39,733 bases of DNA from a virus. Taxonomy: Duplodnaviria > Caudoviricetes. Under the pieces are notes generated by a model. The model worked only from the letters and a program-made list of their open reading frames with translations, was not told where the DNA came from and did no database searches. The DNA lies in IMG/VR virus record IMGVR_UViG_3300026488_000035, positions 1 through 39,733 of that record; one strand, given 5' to 3'. Below are positions 9,473 to 17,438 of this stretch, piece by piece. Each line of letters starts with the position of its first letter. Within the stretch, counting starts at the first letter, position 1. The translations under genes and the position numbers were made by a program.

Positions 9473-10288
9473 TTAAAGATACATATACATCGCCCAATTT
9501 GGCAATGTTACATCATTAATTTTCTTAAAACCGCCCTCCACAAAATCAAATTGTCCCTCTTCCCAAGTGTCGTGCTTTAAGCACCATTTGAATTTGAAGA
9601 GGGCTTTTTGCAACAACTCTTCACCCCAATTAACCCACTCGGGTGTATGGCGGAAGTATCCAGCCCCCGAATAATCCAGCTTAGACACTCCCGCAAAAAT
9701 AAAGTCGGCAACCTGTATGCCGTTCTGATTTAAAACTTCACGATAAACCGCCTCTTGCAACGGATACAAATGATTTGCAGAGGCTTTTGCAAAATCATCA
9801 GGGGTCGCTTCTGACCCCATTGTTTTTAAATCTATTACAACATACCCAGCCTTAGTCTTAACTAAAAGGTCGGGTCTGCACTTAACTTCCACTCCGTCAA
9901 TTTCTCCAAAAAATGACCTTTCAGCTACACCCGCACTCAACCACTCTTTGAATTTTGGGAGTGCAAGGATTTTATCCCTCATACTCTCCACCAACTGCAT
10001 ATCATCAGGGGATAATACAACTTTCCCCTCATTATCAGCAAGGAATTTTTCCCACTCTTCACGCCCCGCTTTTGTGCGTTTATTTACTTGCGGGGCAACT
10101 ACAAATTCATCGCTAAAACTTTCAGGCTCCAATACAATTTTATGGAGGGCTGAGCCTATATCTAGGCTTTTGCCCTCAATCTTTAACTCCCCGTCCCAAA
10201 TTTGCTTAAACTTCTTAGCATTCCTCAGGACTTCTTTTAACAAAGAAGCCCCGAGGGCTTTTGAATTATGATATTCTTTATTTGTCAT
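9473..10288 (-). CDS. PD-(D/E)XK exonuclease, RecE/ExoVIII (DUF3799)-like
   Basis: EYH, GSALH, KCRPD, IDLKT, YPLQEAVY motifs; near ERF. Confidence 0.88.
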   Translation of the reverse strand: MTNKEYHNSKALGASLLKEVLRNAKKFKQIWDGELKIEGKSLDIGSALHKIVLEPESFSDEFVVAPQVNKRTKAGREEWEKFLADNEGKVVLSPDDMQLVESMRDKILALPKFKEWLSAGVAERSFFGEIDGVEVKCRPDLLVKTKAGYVVIDLKTMGSEATPDDFAKASANHLYPLQEAVYREVLNQNGIQVADFIFAGVSKLDYSGAGYFRHTPEWVNWGEELLQKALFKFKWCLKHDTWEEGQFDFVEGGFKKINDVTLPNWAMYMYL

Positions 10289-10317
10289 TTACTCTCCTTT
10301 TGCTCCTTTTTTTTGAT

Positions 10318-10366
10318 TTTTTCTTTACATTAAAAAGCTCTAAAAGCTCTTTAATGTAAAGAAAAA
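10318..10366 (-). repeat. Intergenic hairpin family member (TACATTAAA...TTTAATGTA)
   Basis: Imperfect inverted repeat, near-identical to 11516 and 12610. Confidence 0.8.
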
Positions 10367-10378
10367 AGGGAGAGGGGG

Positions 10379-10690
10379 TTAAAATTTACTTAAAAATTCA
10401 ATTAAATTTTCTTTCTCTTTTTTTATTTTTTCTATTTCTTCTTCATCTGCGTCCCAGTTGATTGAGTTTTCAAACCACTCCTCAACCTCATTTGTGTTGT
10501 CGGTAATATCCTCCCATTCAAACCCACTTGCAATGTATAATACTCCATCATCGGCTTTTATAATATTAACGCAAACAGCGCCATCTCCTTCACCGAAACA
10601 ATCACCTCCTATAAGGAGGTCTTCAAATTTATTGAAGAACTCTTCATATCCTATTTCTTTGAATTCTTTTATAAGCTCTTGTTTATTCAT
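10379..10690 (-). CDS. Acidic hypothetical protein
   Basis: First gene after a strong promoter; AAGGAG RBS. Confidence 0.75.
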   Translation of the reverse strand: MNKQELIKEFKEIGYEEFFNKFEDLLIGGDCFGEGDGAVCVNIIKADDGVLYIASGFEWEDITDNTNEVEEWFENSINWDADEEEIEKIKKEKENLIEFLSKF

Positions 10691-10717
10691 CTTTGCTCCT
10701 TTTTCTTGTTTTTCTTG

Positions 10718-10803
10718 TTTTTTTTGTTTTTCTTGATGTAATTGTATAACATTCTTTTACATTTGTCAAGGGATTTTAGACAAAATAGAGAGAAATTTTA
10801 GAA
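10718..10803 (-). promoter_or_regulatory. 86-bp duplicated early promoter, copy 1 (TTGACA-17-TACAAT at 10769-10741)
   Basis: Identical to 13053-13138; near-consensus sigma70 elements with AT-rich upstream region. Confidence 0.85.
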
Positions 10804-10843
10804 AATTTCTAAATTTGATATACTTCTTAAAAAAGGAGACACA

Positions 10844-11473
10844 ATGAGCTTTGATTTAGCGTTTGAAGTTTTAGAACTTGCTGAGGGGGGATATGCTGAT
10901 AATCCCTTAGACGAAGGTAAAGAGACATATAAAGGAATAAGCAGGAGGTGGCATCCTACTTGGGAGGGGTGGTATATAATTGATAGCGTGAAAAATTACA
11001 TAGGATACGACGGAACTGATGAGGCAAAGAGAGAGCTAAATGAGCAGTTGGAGGGGAATTATGCACTGCAACAACTAGTAAGAGAGTTTTACAAAAAAAA
11101 CTATTGGGATAAGTTTAACGGAGACAACTTGCCGTTTGAGATTGGAGCAAAACTTTTGGAGCAAAGCGTTTTGCTTGGAACGGGCGGAAAAGGGGCTTTG
11201 CATTTACAAAAGGCAATTAACCTAGAAAAACAAAGGATAGGAGATTACAATTACATAAAAGAGGATGGGGTTATTGGTAAAGGCACACTTGGCGAGCTTA
11301 ACAAACTAAATAAAAACTTTATCTTAAAGTGGCTTACACTTATACAGGAGAGCGAATTGTTGCAGGAGATTTTTGATAAACCACAAAAAATAATTTTTTA
11401 TCAAGGGTGGAAAAATAGAATTAATAAAAGCCTTAAAAAGATAGCGGAAATTCAAGGGGATAGGTTAAGTTAA
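10844..11473 (+). CDS. Glycoside hydrolase family 108 endolysin
   Basis: EGGYADNPLDEGKETYKGI motif, DGVIG, FYQGWKNR; TGATATACT extended -10 upstream. Confidence 0.9.
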   Translation: MSFDLAFEVLELAEGGYADNPLDEGKETYKGISRRWHPTWEGWYIIDSVKNYIGYDGTDEAKRELNEQLEGNYALQQLVREFYKKNYWDKFNGDNLPFEIGAKLLEQSVLLGTGGKGALHLQKAINLEKQRIGDYNYIKEDGVIGKGTLGELNKLNKNFILKWLTLIQESELLQEIFDKPQKIIFYQGWKNRINKSLKKIAEIQGDRLS

Positions 11474-11515
11474 AGTGGTTGGCACTAAAAATAGAGAGAG
11501 TCTCTTTTCTTGTCT

Positions 11516-11561
11516 TTTCTTTACATTAAAAAACTCCGTAAAGCTCTTTAATGTAGAGAAA
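11516..11561 (-). repeat. Intergenic hairpin family member
   Basis: TTTCTCTACATTAAAGAGCTT-TACG-GAGTTTTTTAATGTAAAGAAA. Confidence 0.8.
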
Positions 11562-11570
11562 GGAGGGCTT

Positions 11571-12170
11571 TTAACCCTCATCTACCTTAAAGAGGTAAAG
11601 TAAGATGGGGTTAGGCCATGGTCCTTCTTCCTCTGATAAGAAGAAGAATTTCCCCCCTTTCTTTACTAATTTAATATCTTTTCTTGCAAAATATTTATTC
11701 AATAAGTTGTGTAAAATTTTAATATCTTTTTCATTTAAGTTGCATTCATATTCTATTAAAGACTCGTCCCAATGCTCATAAATCTTGTATTTTTTATTTT
11801 TTTTAAGCCTAAAAGATGTGATGTTTTTTCTTAAAAGCTCTTGAATGAGCTTTATTTCATTTTCAACAAGACTAATACTTTCTGAAATCATTCCTCTCTG
11901 ATTATCGTTGTAATCAATATTCCTTTTACAATGTCTGCATTCATCAGTATATGCACCAAACACCTCTTCACACTCCTCATAAGTGTAAAGAGGGTCATAC
12001 ATTTCATATTCCTCTTCAAGATATTTAAGGGTTTCTTTACACTCTTGAATTCTTTTTCTTAATGAATTCTTTGTTACAACCACTTCTTCTTTTTCTTCTT
12101 TTTTTAAAGGTATTTCTATTTTATAATCATCTAAAATTTTTCTTAACAAATTTTTTGTTAAAATGTCCAT
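11571..12170 (-). CDS. Hypothetical protein
   Basis: 199 aa; AAGGAG RBS; CxxC. Confidence 0.75.
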   Translation of the reverse strand: MDILTKNLLRKILDDYKIEIPLKKEEKEEVVVTKNSLRKRIQECKETLKYLEEEYEMYDPLYTYEECEEVFGAYTDECRHCKRNIDYNDNQRGMISESISLVENEIKLIQELLRKNITSFRLKKNKKYKIYEHWDESLIEYECNLNEKDIKILHNLLNKYFARKDIKLVKKGGKFFFLSEEEGPWPNPILLYLFKVDEG

Positions 12171-12204
12171 TTCATCTCCTTTTTTTGTTTTTTGATTTTT
12201 TTAG

Positions 12205-12256
12205 CCCATCGGCTTACATAACTTGACAGGACGTCAAGTTATGTAAACAGACGGGG
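12205..12256 (-). promoter_or_regulatory. Intergenic RNA hairpin (different sequence, same position pattern)
   Basis: TTACATAACTTGAC...GTCAAGTTATGTAA perfect 14-bp arms. Confidence 0.7.
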
Positions 12257-12266
12257 AGGGGAGCTG

Positions 12267-12590
12267 TTATTCCTCTATTTCTTCCACAATCACTTCCCCC
12301 GTTTCTGGGTCTGTGATTTTTAGGGGGATAAATTTTCCCCCTGTTTCTTCAACAACATCATCAGCGTCATCAGCTTTTGCCTCCTCTACCAATTCCTCCT
12401 CCGTCCATCTTCCATACCTCCACGAATAGTCGTGGAGGTCGTCCCTATTTTCAAACCAAGCACCGCCTTCATTCCAAAGGCGGTTGATGGTTCTTTCTAT
12501 ATCAAATTCTGTTTCCTCTTCATTTACCTCGCAATACCCTAATACTTCCAAGCTATTCCAAGTTTTCCCAATAATTGTAATTACTTCCAT
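12267..12590 (-). CDS. Highly acidic hypothetical protein
   Basis: 107 aa, E/D-rich; AAGGAG RBS. Confidence 0.75.
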   Translation of the reverse strand: MEVITIIGKTWNSLEVLGYCEVNEEETEFDIERTINRLWNEGGAWFENRDDLHDYSWRYGRWTEEELVEEAKADDADDVVEETGGKFIPLKITDPETGEVIVEEIEE

Positions 12591-12609
12591 TTCATCTCCT
12601 TTTTGTTTT

Positions 12610-12654
12610 TTTTCTACATTAAAAGACTTCGTAAAAGTCCTTTAATGTAGAAAA
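12610..12654 (-). repeat. Intergenic hairpin family member
   Basis: TTTTCTACATTAAAGGACTTT-TACG-AAGTCTTTTAATGTAGAAAA. Confidence 0.8.
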
Positions 12655-12665
12655 GAAAAGGGAGG

Positions 12666-13034
12666 CTACACAAATAATATTTTCCCTTTATGGGAGTGAA
12701 GTAGTACTGGTTCTTCACTCCCTCTTATTAAAGCAACAAAATCATCAATCTCCCTCTCTAAAAACTCTCTGTCCTCTTCATCTTCAAAAGACGAAGAGCA
12801 AGGGTTTATATATACAGTCGCCCACACCCCTGCCTCTTTTACTTTTTTACCTCCTCTCCACGCAACTAAGAAGCCATTAATTTCCCAGCTTCTTTTAGCT
12901 TGACAACAACCTGCATTGTAGTCATACTCAATTATACCAACGAGTGCCTGTCTTAAAAGCACTCTGATGTACGGAGAATTCTTTCTCCATACTTTTAATG
13001 TACCGTCTCCCCAAAAATTTTTTGCTTTTTCCAT
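12666..13034 (-). CDS. Hypothetical protein
   Basis: First gene after promoter copy 2; AAGGAG RBS. Confidence 0.75.
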   Translation of the reverse strand: MEKAKNFWGDGTLKVWRKNSPYIRVLLRQALVGIIEYDYNAGCCQAKRSWEINGFLVAWRGGKKVKEAGVWATVYINPCSSSFEDEEDREFLEREIDDFVALIRGSEEPVLLHSHKGKILFV

Positions 13035-13052
13035 TTTCGCTCCTTTTTTTTA

Positions 13053-13138
13053 TTTTTTTTGTTTTTCTTGATGTAATTGTATAACATTCTTTTACATTTG
13101 TCAAGGGATTTTAGACAAAATAGAGAGAAATTTTAGAA
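13053..13138 (-). promoter_or_regulatory. 86-bp duplicated early promoter, copy 2 (TTGACA-17-TACAAT at 13104-13076)
   Basis: Identical to 10718-10803. Confidence 0.85.
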
Positions 13139-13194
13139 TTTTAAGCAAAAAAACATTAAACATAGGAAAAATGGGGATTGAAAAGAGAAGTAAT

Positions 13195-13271
13195 TGGTGG
13201 GCGGGGTAGGACTTGAACCTACGACCAATCAGTTATGAGCCGACTGCTCTAACCAGCTGAGCTACCCGCCC
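13195..13271 (-). tRNA. tRNA with CAT anticodon, probably tRNA-Ile2 (lysidine) rather than Met
   Basis: GGGCGGG/CCCGCCC acceptor stem, AGCTCAGCTGGTTAGAGC D-arm, CTCATAA loop, GTTCAAGTC T-loop, encoded CCA; TGGTATAAT promoter at 13299-13291. Confidence 0.95.
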
Positions 13272-13303
13272 TTGTGGTTAGAGGATAAAAATTATACCAT
13301 AAT

Positions 13304-13789
13304 TTATTGTTTCTTTGTTAAAACCTCATCCTTAATCTTACTTCCAAGACTGCTCCCGTAATAGAAACCTATAATCCCTGCAATTATCGTCCCTAAAAGG
13401 AAACCTAAAATTGTATCTGCAAACCTTACGCTTTGCTGAGGTATTTGCATAGTTGTTACGATAAAGATATATGCAATTGCCGCTAAGCTCCACATAAGAG
13501 CGAATAAATTAACAAAATTCTTTGCAAACCAGCTCTCCTGTTTAAGCGCTACTTTTTGCATTTCTCTTGCACTTGCTCTATCTTGCAACATTAACTCCAA
13601 AAATGCTCTCTCCCTCTCTTGAAATTGCTTTAATCTTGCAATATCTGCGGGAGTGAGTGTTTGTTTTGTGTTTAAATCTATCCCTGTTTTTTCTTTTATA
13701 AGCTCAACTGCTTTATCTTTTCCTGCCTCTATAAAACTTTCTATTAATTCCAAACCTGCACTTGCAAGTATTCCGAATAAAGGTATCAT
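13304..13789 (-). CDS. Holin-like membrane protein
   Basis: DRASAREM motif followed by two TM helices and GFYYGSS. Confidence 0.7.
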   Translation of the reverse strand: MIPLFGILASAGLELIESFIEAGKDKAVELIKEKTGIDLNTKQTLTPADIARLKQFQERERAFLELMLQDRASAREMQKVALKQESWFAKNFVNLFALMWSLAAIAYIFIVTTMQIPQQSVRFADTILGFLLGTIIAGIIGFYYGSSLGSKIKDEVLTKKQ

Positions 13790-13814
13790 TTTTGCTCCTT
13801 ATTTCATTTTAAGT

Positions 13815-14102
13815 TTAGTTTTTTAAAATTAAGTCTTCATTATAGATATAATCTTTATATCCTATTTCATCGTTTTCAACCGATACTTCAAGTTTGTAGT
13901 TTCCGGGTTTTAATTCTTCAAGTTCTCCTGATTTTATTCTTAATTCAAAGGTTGTATTATCATCACTTCTATCAAGTTCAGCCGTTTTAACAACTCTTTT
14001 TTCTATATCTTTTATAGAATAAAATGCTCTATATTCAGGCTCAATTATGCCATCTATATATTCAAAGTCTATAAAAATACTTTCATCTAGGTATTTAATC
14101 AT
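13815..14102 (-). CDS. Hypothetical virion-module protein (beta-rich)
   Basis: LKPGNYKLEV pattern; in operon. Confidence 0.6.
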   Translation of the reverse strand: MIKYLDESIFIDFEYIDGIIEPEYRAFYSIKDIEKRVVKTAELDRSDDNTTFELRIKSGELEELKPGNYKLEVSVENDEIGYKDYIYNEDLILKN

Positions 14103-14304
14103 TAAAGGTCCTTATTTTAAATTTAAGTCTTATTAAATTAATGTCAAATTTTGTTTTTACTACATTTGCATTAAATACAACTTTAAAAGGCTTAACGTTA
14201 AAAATCTGCTTAACGCCTTTGATTTCTTTTATCGTAATCTCGCCGCCGTCTTCCACGATTATTGAATTGTCCTCTCCATATCCAAGCGTAACGATATTAC
14301 TCAA
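14095..14304 (-). CDS. Hypothetical protein
   Basis: Overlaps both neighbours. Confidence 0.6.
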   Translation of the reverse strand: MSNIVTLGYGEDNSIIVEDGGEITIKEIKGVKQIFNVKPFKVVFNANVVKTKFDINLIRLKFKIRTFND

Positions 14305-14593
14305 CTCTCTCCCTTTTCATAATACTTCTCTCAGTAGGTCTGCCTTTTTTATCAAAAAGCGCAAATTTTGCAATTTGATTATTGTTTTTATCTTTAAAAA
14401 TGAGGTGATTATCTACAATTTCCCAGTTCCCAAGTTCTACATCTAAAAGAGTTTGAAGCTTCTCATCTATTTCTTCAATTTTTGTTTTTAATTCTTCAAC
14501 AGCCACAATTTGCTCCTGTAAAAGTTTTATCTGTTTTTCAAGCTCATCTACAACTTGCTTAATCGTCATCCCGCTATCTGATAAAAAAGGCAT
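14297..14593 (-). CDS. Coiled-coil hypothetical protein
   Basis: Heptad pattern followed by a beta region. Confidence 0.6.
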   Translation of the reverse strand: MPFLSDSGMTIKQVVDELEKQIKLLQEQIVAVEELKTKIEEIDEKLQTLLDVELGNWEIVDNHLIFKDKNNNQIAKFALFDKKGRPTERSIMKRERVE

Positions 14594-14599
14594 TGGAGA

Positions 14600-15253
14600 T
14601 TAGCCTCCGATTGTAGTTTCGCCGTCTTCTACGGTTGGAATATTTAGACTTATAAACTCTTTGTTTCCTATAATAGCAATACTTGCTTCAAATGCTTTTG
14701 GATAATTCCCATCATCGTCTTTTGTAGCTCCCTCTATATAATAAGGACTTGTCTCTACAAAATTTCTTCTATCAAAAGCATGCAGTTTAAATGTCTTTTC
14801 ATTAACTTTTTCAACTGCAAGCACTGCTGGATTTACACTTCCATCTGCAAGCATAGCCGCAGGAGTTGCAACAACTTCATAATCATCAATGCTTGAAAAG
14901 CCAAGCTCCGCTATATCAACCTCAACAATTCCGCTATCACTATTTATAGTAACTCTTTTTCTTACAATTAGGTTGATTGTGTTTAGGATGTCTGCGATTT
15001 TGTCAATTGCTCCGACTAAATCAAGCTCGGTGCCTGCTTTGTCAATTATGTCTTTTAATTTTTGAATTTTTTCCGCAATATCGTCATCATTACTTGTTAA
15101 TGCGTCAATTTTGTCCTTCAAATCATTAATGTAATTCTGAACATCATCTACTTCTTTATTGTAATTCGCAATAAAATCTTGAAGTGTTTGATAGATTGAA
15201 GGTTTTGTGATGCTAAATTTATTTCCGCTTAAATCAGCAGGATAATTAGCCAT
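14600..15253 (-). CDS. Putative fibre/appendage protein (coiled coil plus C-terminal beta domain)
   Basis: Composition and position after the tail genes. Confidence 0.45.
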   Translation of the reverse strand: MANYPADLSGNKFSITKPSIYQTLQDFIANYNKEVDDVQNYINDLKDKIDALTSNDDDIAEKIQKLKDIIDKAGTELDLVGAIDKIADILNTINLIVRKRVTINSDSGIVEVDIAELGFSSIDDYEVVATPAAMLADGSVNPAVLAVEKVNEKTFKLHAFDRRNFVETSPYYIEGATKDDDGNYPKAFEASIAIIGNKEFISLNIPTVEDGETTIGG

Positions 15254-15254
15254 T

Positions 15255-15773
15255 TTAACTCCTTATTATTAGATAATTCACCCTTACGGGTTTATCTTTG
15301 CAATTTAGTCTTTGTTTTTCTTCTACGAAAGCAGTGCTATCATATAGCGCTATATCAAAGCCTGTATCTGTCTGATTTTCTATTCTAACTTCTGCGACCA
15401 AACTATCTTCAACATTTGCAAATATCTTTGCATCTTTTACATCTGCTTCAATATGTTTAATCCCATCTTCGCTATCAACTATTACTTCATTGCTTTCACC
15501 TATTAAAAAAGGTGATGTAAAAATTACGCCTTTTATAATTTCACCATTTTCACAAACATAGCTGTTTTCAATTGCCCTATTCTGAGTCGCAACATCACTG
15601 AATACTTTCCAACTTCTATTGCTTCTACTATCGTAAAGGTCTGCGTAATATTCAACTTCTTTATTTTTCTCTTGTCTTCTATTTACCCAGTTTTTTGTCC
15701 ATCTGATAGCATCGTCTTGTGTGATAGTAGAGTTCCCTCTAACTATTACATCAAGTCTATATAATTTAGCCAT
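15255..15773 (-). CDS. Putative fibre-associated protein
   Basis: C-terminal part resembles that of 14600-15253 (ALYDSTAFVE vs AFDRRNFVE). Confidence 0.45.
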   Translation of the reverse strand: MAKLYRLDVIVRGNSTITQDDAIRWTKNWVNRRQEKNKEVEYYADLYDSRSNRSWKVFSDVATQNRAIENSYVCENGEIIKGVIFTSPFLIGESNEVIVDSEDGIKHIEADVKDAKIFANVEDSLVAEVRIENQTDTGFDIALYDSTAFVEEKQRLNCKDKPVRVNYLIIRS

Positions 15774-15796
15774 TTTTTATCTTTAAAAGAGGAAGA

Positions 15797-16369
15797 TTAA
15801 AGGGTTGCCCCGTCTCCCTCTTCTGCGTTAAATCCAAAAATATCTTCTACTTCTTTTACAATTGCTTCACAATTTACATTTACAAGTGTTTCTATATCAC
15901 TTTTTGTGAAGTAATTAGTAGTAAGCTCTGCTTTTACGCCTGCAACATCGTCTTCAACTTTGCTAACTCTAATTTCAAGAGCTTTTACTCTCTCAACTAC
16001 ATCGTTAATTGCTTTGTTAAGCGCTTCTTCAACGCTTTTAATGTTTTCAGCATTTGTTGCTACATCTTTTGCTACTGCGTCAATGTTAGATTGTAAAACT
16101 GCGAATTTTGAAAGAATTTCCTCAGGAGTAATTTCTCCGTTTTCATTAACATCAAAAACTTTCGCAAAAGAGTCAGCATACGCTTTTATCTTTTCAAGTT
16201 CTTCACCAAGCCCTTCAATTTTACTTAACTCATCTACAATAGATTGTTTAAGCTCATCTTTTGCTACGCTAATTTGTGCGTCTGTGTAGCGTTTTGAAGC
16301 ATTTGCAACGCTTTTTGCTACACAAACTAGCCTTTCTTGCAATAATGCTTGTAATTCTTCTTTTGTCAT
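15797..16369 (-). CDS. Coiled-coil putative structural protein
   Basis: Long heptad repeats; SKRYTD motif; FDVNENGEITPEE EF-hand-like loop. Confidence 0.5.
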   Translation of the reverse strand: MTKEELQALLQERLVCVAKSVANASKRYTDAQISVAKDELKQSIVDELSKIEGLGEELEKIKAYADSFAKVFDVNENGEITPEEILSKFAVLQSNIDAVAKDVATNAENIKSVEEALNKAINDVVERVKALEIRVSKVEDDVAGVKAELTTNYFTKSDIETLVNVNCEAIVKEVEDIFGFNAEEGDGATL

Positions 16370-16395
16370 TTAAACTCCTTTGATTTTTTTTAGTG

Positions 16396-16445
16396 GTAGT
16401 AACCACTTCAAAAAGCTCTAAAAGCTTTTTAAAGTAAGTTACTAC
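16396..16445 (-). repeat. Intergenic hairpin sharing its apex with the 10318 hairpin
   Basis: GTAGTAAC...AAAGCTTTTAGAGCTTTTT...GTTACTAC after a stop codon. Confidence 0.65.
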
Positions 16446-16877
16446 TTACTTAATAAATTGTCCTTTAATTATTGCAACAATTACTACGCTTATAATCAAT
16501 GTTCCAGCCCACCAAAAAACTTTTGCATGTTTTTCTTGTTGTTTTTTTAAGAATTCAATATCTTTTTCAAGTGCGGGGCAGATGCTATTCCGTTCGTTTA
16601 ATATTTTTTCAATATTCATTTTATTTTCTGTTATTTTTCTTTCACATATTCTTTGTTGCTCATCTATTCTAGAATGTAATCTTTTTATTGCTTCTGTATA
16701 TTTATTATCAAGGTTTGATACTCTTTCTAAAATAATTTCCTGCTTTGAGATGCTTTCACTTATTTTTGATAACTGCTTGTTTTGTATTTTGTTTTGCTCT
16801 ACTAACTCATCAAGAGTTTTTTTAATATAATGTATTTCAAGTTCTTGCCTTTCAACTTTCTTTGTTATCTCTTGCAT
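16446..16877 (-). CDS. Coiled-coil protein with C-terminal TM helix (XhlA/holin-like)
   Basis: Heptads then FWWAGTLIISVVIVAII. Confidence 0.55.
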   Translation of the reverse strand: MQEITKKVERQELEIHYIKKTLDELVEQNKIQNKQLSKISESISKQEIILERVSNLDNKYTEAIKRLHSRIDEQQRICERKITENKMNIEKILNERNSICPALEKDIEFLKKQQEKHAKVFWWAGTLIISVVIVAIIKGQFIK

Positions 16878-16914
16878 AATCTGCCCTTTAAATTAGATTT
16901 CCTTTTATTTTTAA

Positions 16915-16949
16915 ATATTAAGAAATTGCAGGATTACATTTTGGAAAAA
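16915..16949 (-). promoter_or_regulatory. Putative late promoter: TTTTTCCAAAA-18 nt-TAATAT
   Basis: Same motif and spacing at 20918-20952 and 28623-28681. Confidence 0.5.
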
Positions 16950-17074
16950 TTCAAAAAGAAAGGTTTTTTAGTTTAGTTATCTGCGTATCTTGCTTTTTTA
17001 TTTTAATAATTTTCTTATTTTTATTTGTTTTCTGTGATTTTCTTATTTGTTTTTCAATCAACCTATTAAGTTCT

Positions 17075-17428
17075 TTAATCATATCGCACCGCCTTTATTT
17101 TTGTTTTTATTACTCCATCTTTGAAATAATGCGTTATTTTTTTAATGATAAATCTTGTTTTTGCAAGGTCCTTTGGTATTCTATAAGTCGGGGCATAAAC
17201 TTCTATAATATCGTTAATCTTTAAAGGCGCAAAATAAGTGCTAAACTCTACTTCTTGCTTATCATACCCACTTTCTAAAAATTCGCTTGTCGCCCTTAAT
17301 GTAGCAGTATTTTCGTCTGTAATAAGGCTATCTTTTATCTCTTTGCTTTCTCCTTCTCTCTCAATCTCAAAAACCCCGCTGTATAAAGGGGTTTTGTTTT
17401 CTTGTATTTGTTGTGATTTTATTAGCAT
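17075..17428 (-). CDS. Tail tip protein
   Basis: Tail module position; PLKINDII / FIIKKITH hub-like C-terminus. Confidence 0.55.
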   Translation of the reverse strand: MLIKSQQIQENKTPLYSGVFEIEREGESKEIKDSLITDENTATLRATSEFLESGYDKQEVEFSTYFAPLKINDIIEVYAPTYRIPKDLAKTRFIIKKITHYFKDGVIKTKIKAVRYD

Positions 17429-17438
17429 TTTAAGCCTT

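Noticed and set aside
9473-10288. Cas4 adaptation nuclease belonging to the csf system
   Set aside because: No four-Cys Fe-S motif; sits near ERF as a normal recombination exonuclease
10318-10366. Rho-independent terminators
   Set aside because: Stems are followed by A-rich or purine-rich sequence on both strands, not U-tracts, and most lie inside operons
10303-12665. CRISPR array or integron attC cassette array
   Set aside because: Repeats are separated by whole genes rather than 30-40 nt spacers; no consistent RYYYAAC/GTTRRRY cores and no integron integrase
13195-13271. tRNA as attP site
   Set aside because: Full-length with its own promoter, and no integrase is visible
16960-17074. Mini-array or ncRNA in an AT-rich gap with TTTTCTTATTT repeats
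   Set aside because: Low complexity, irregular spacing and no stable stem
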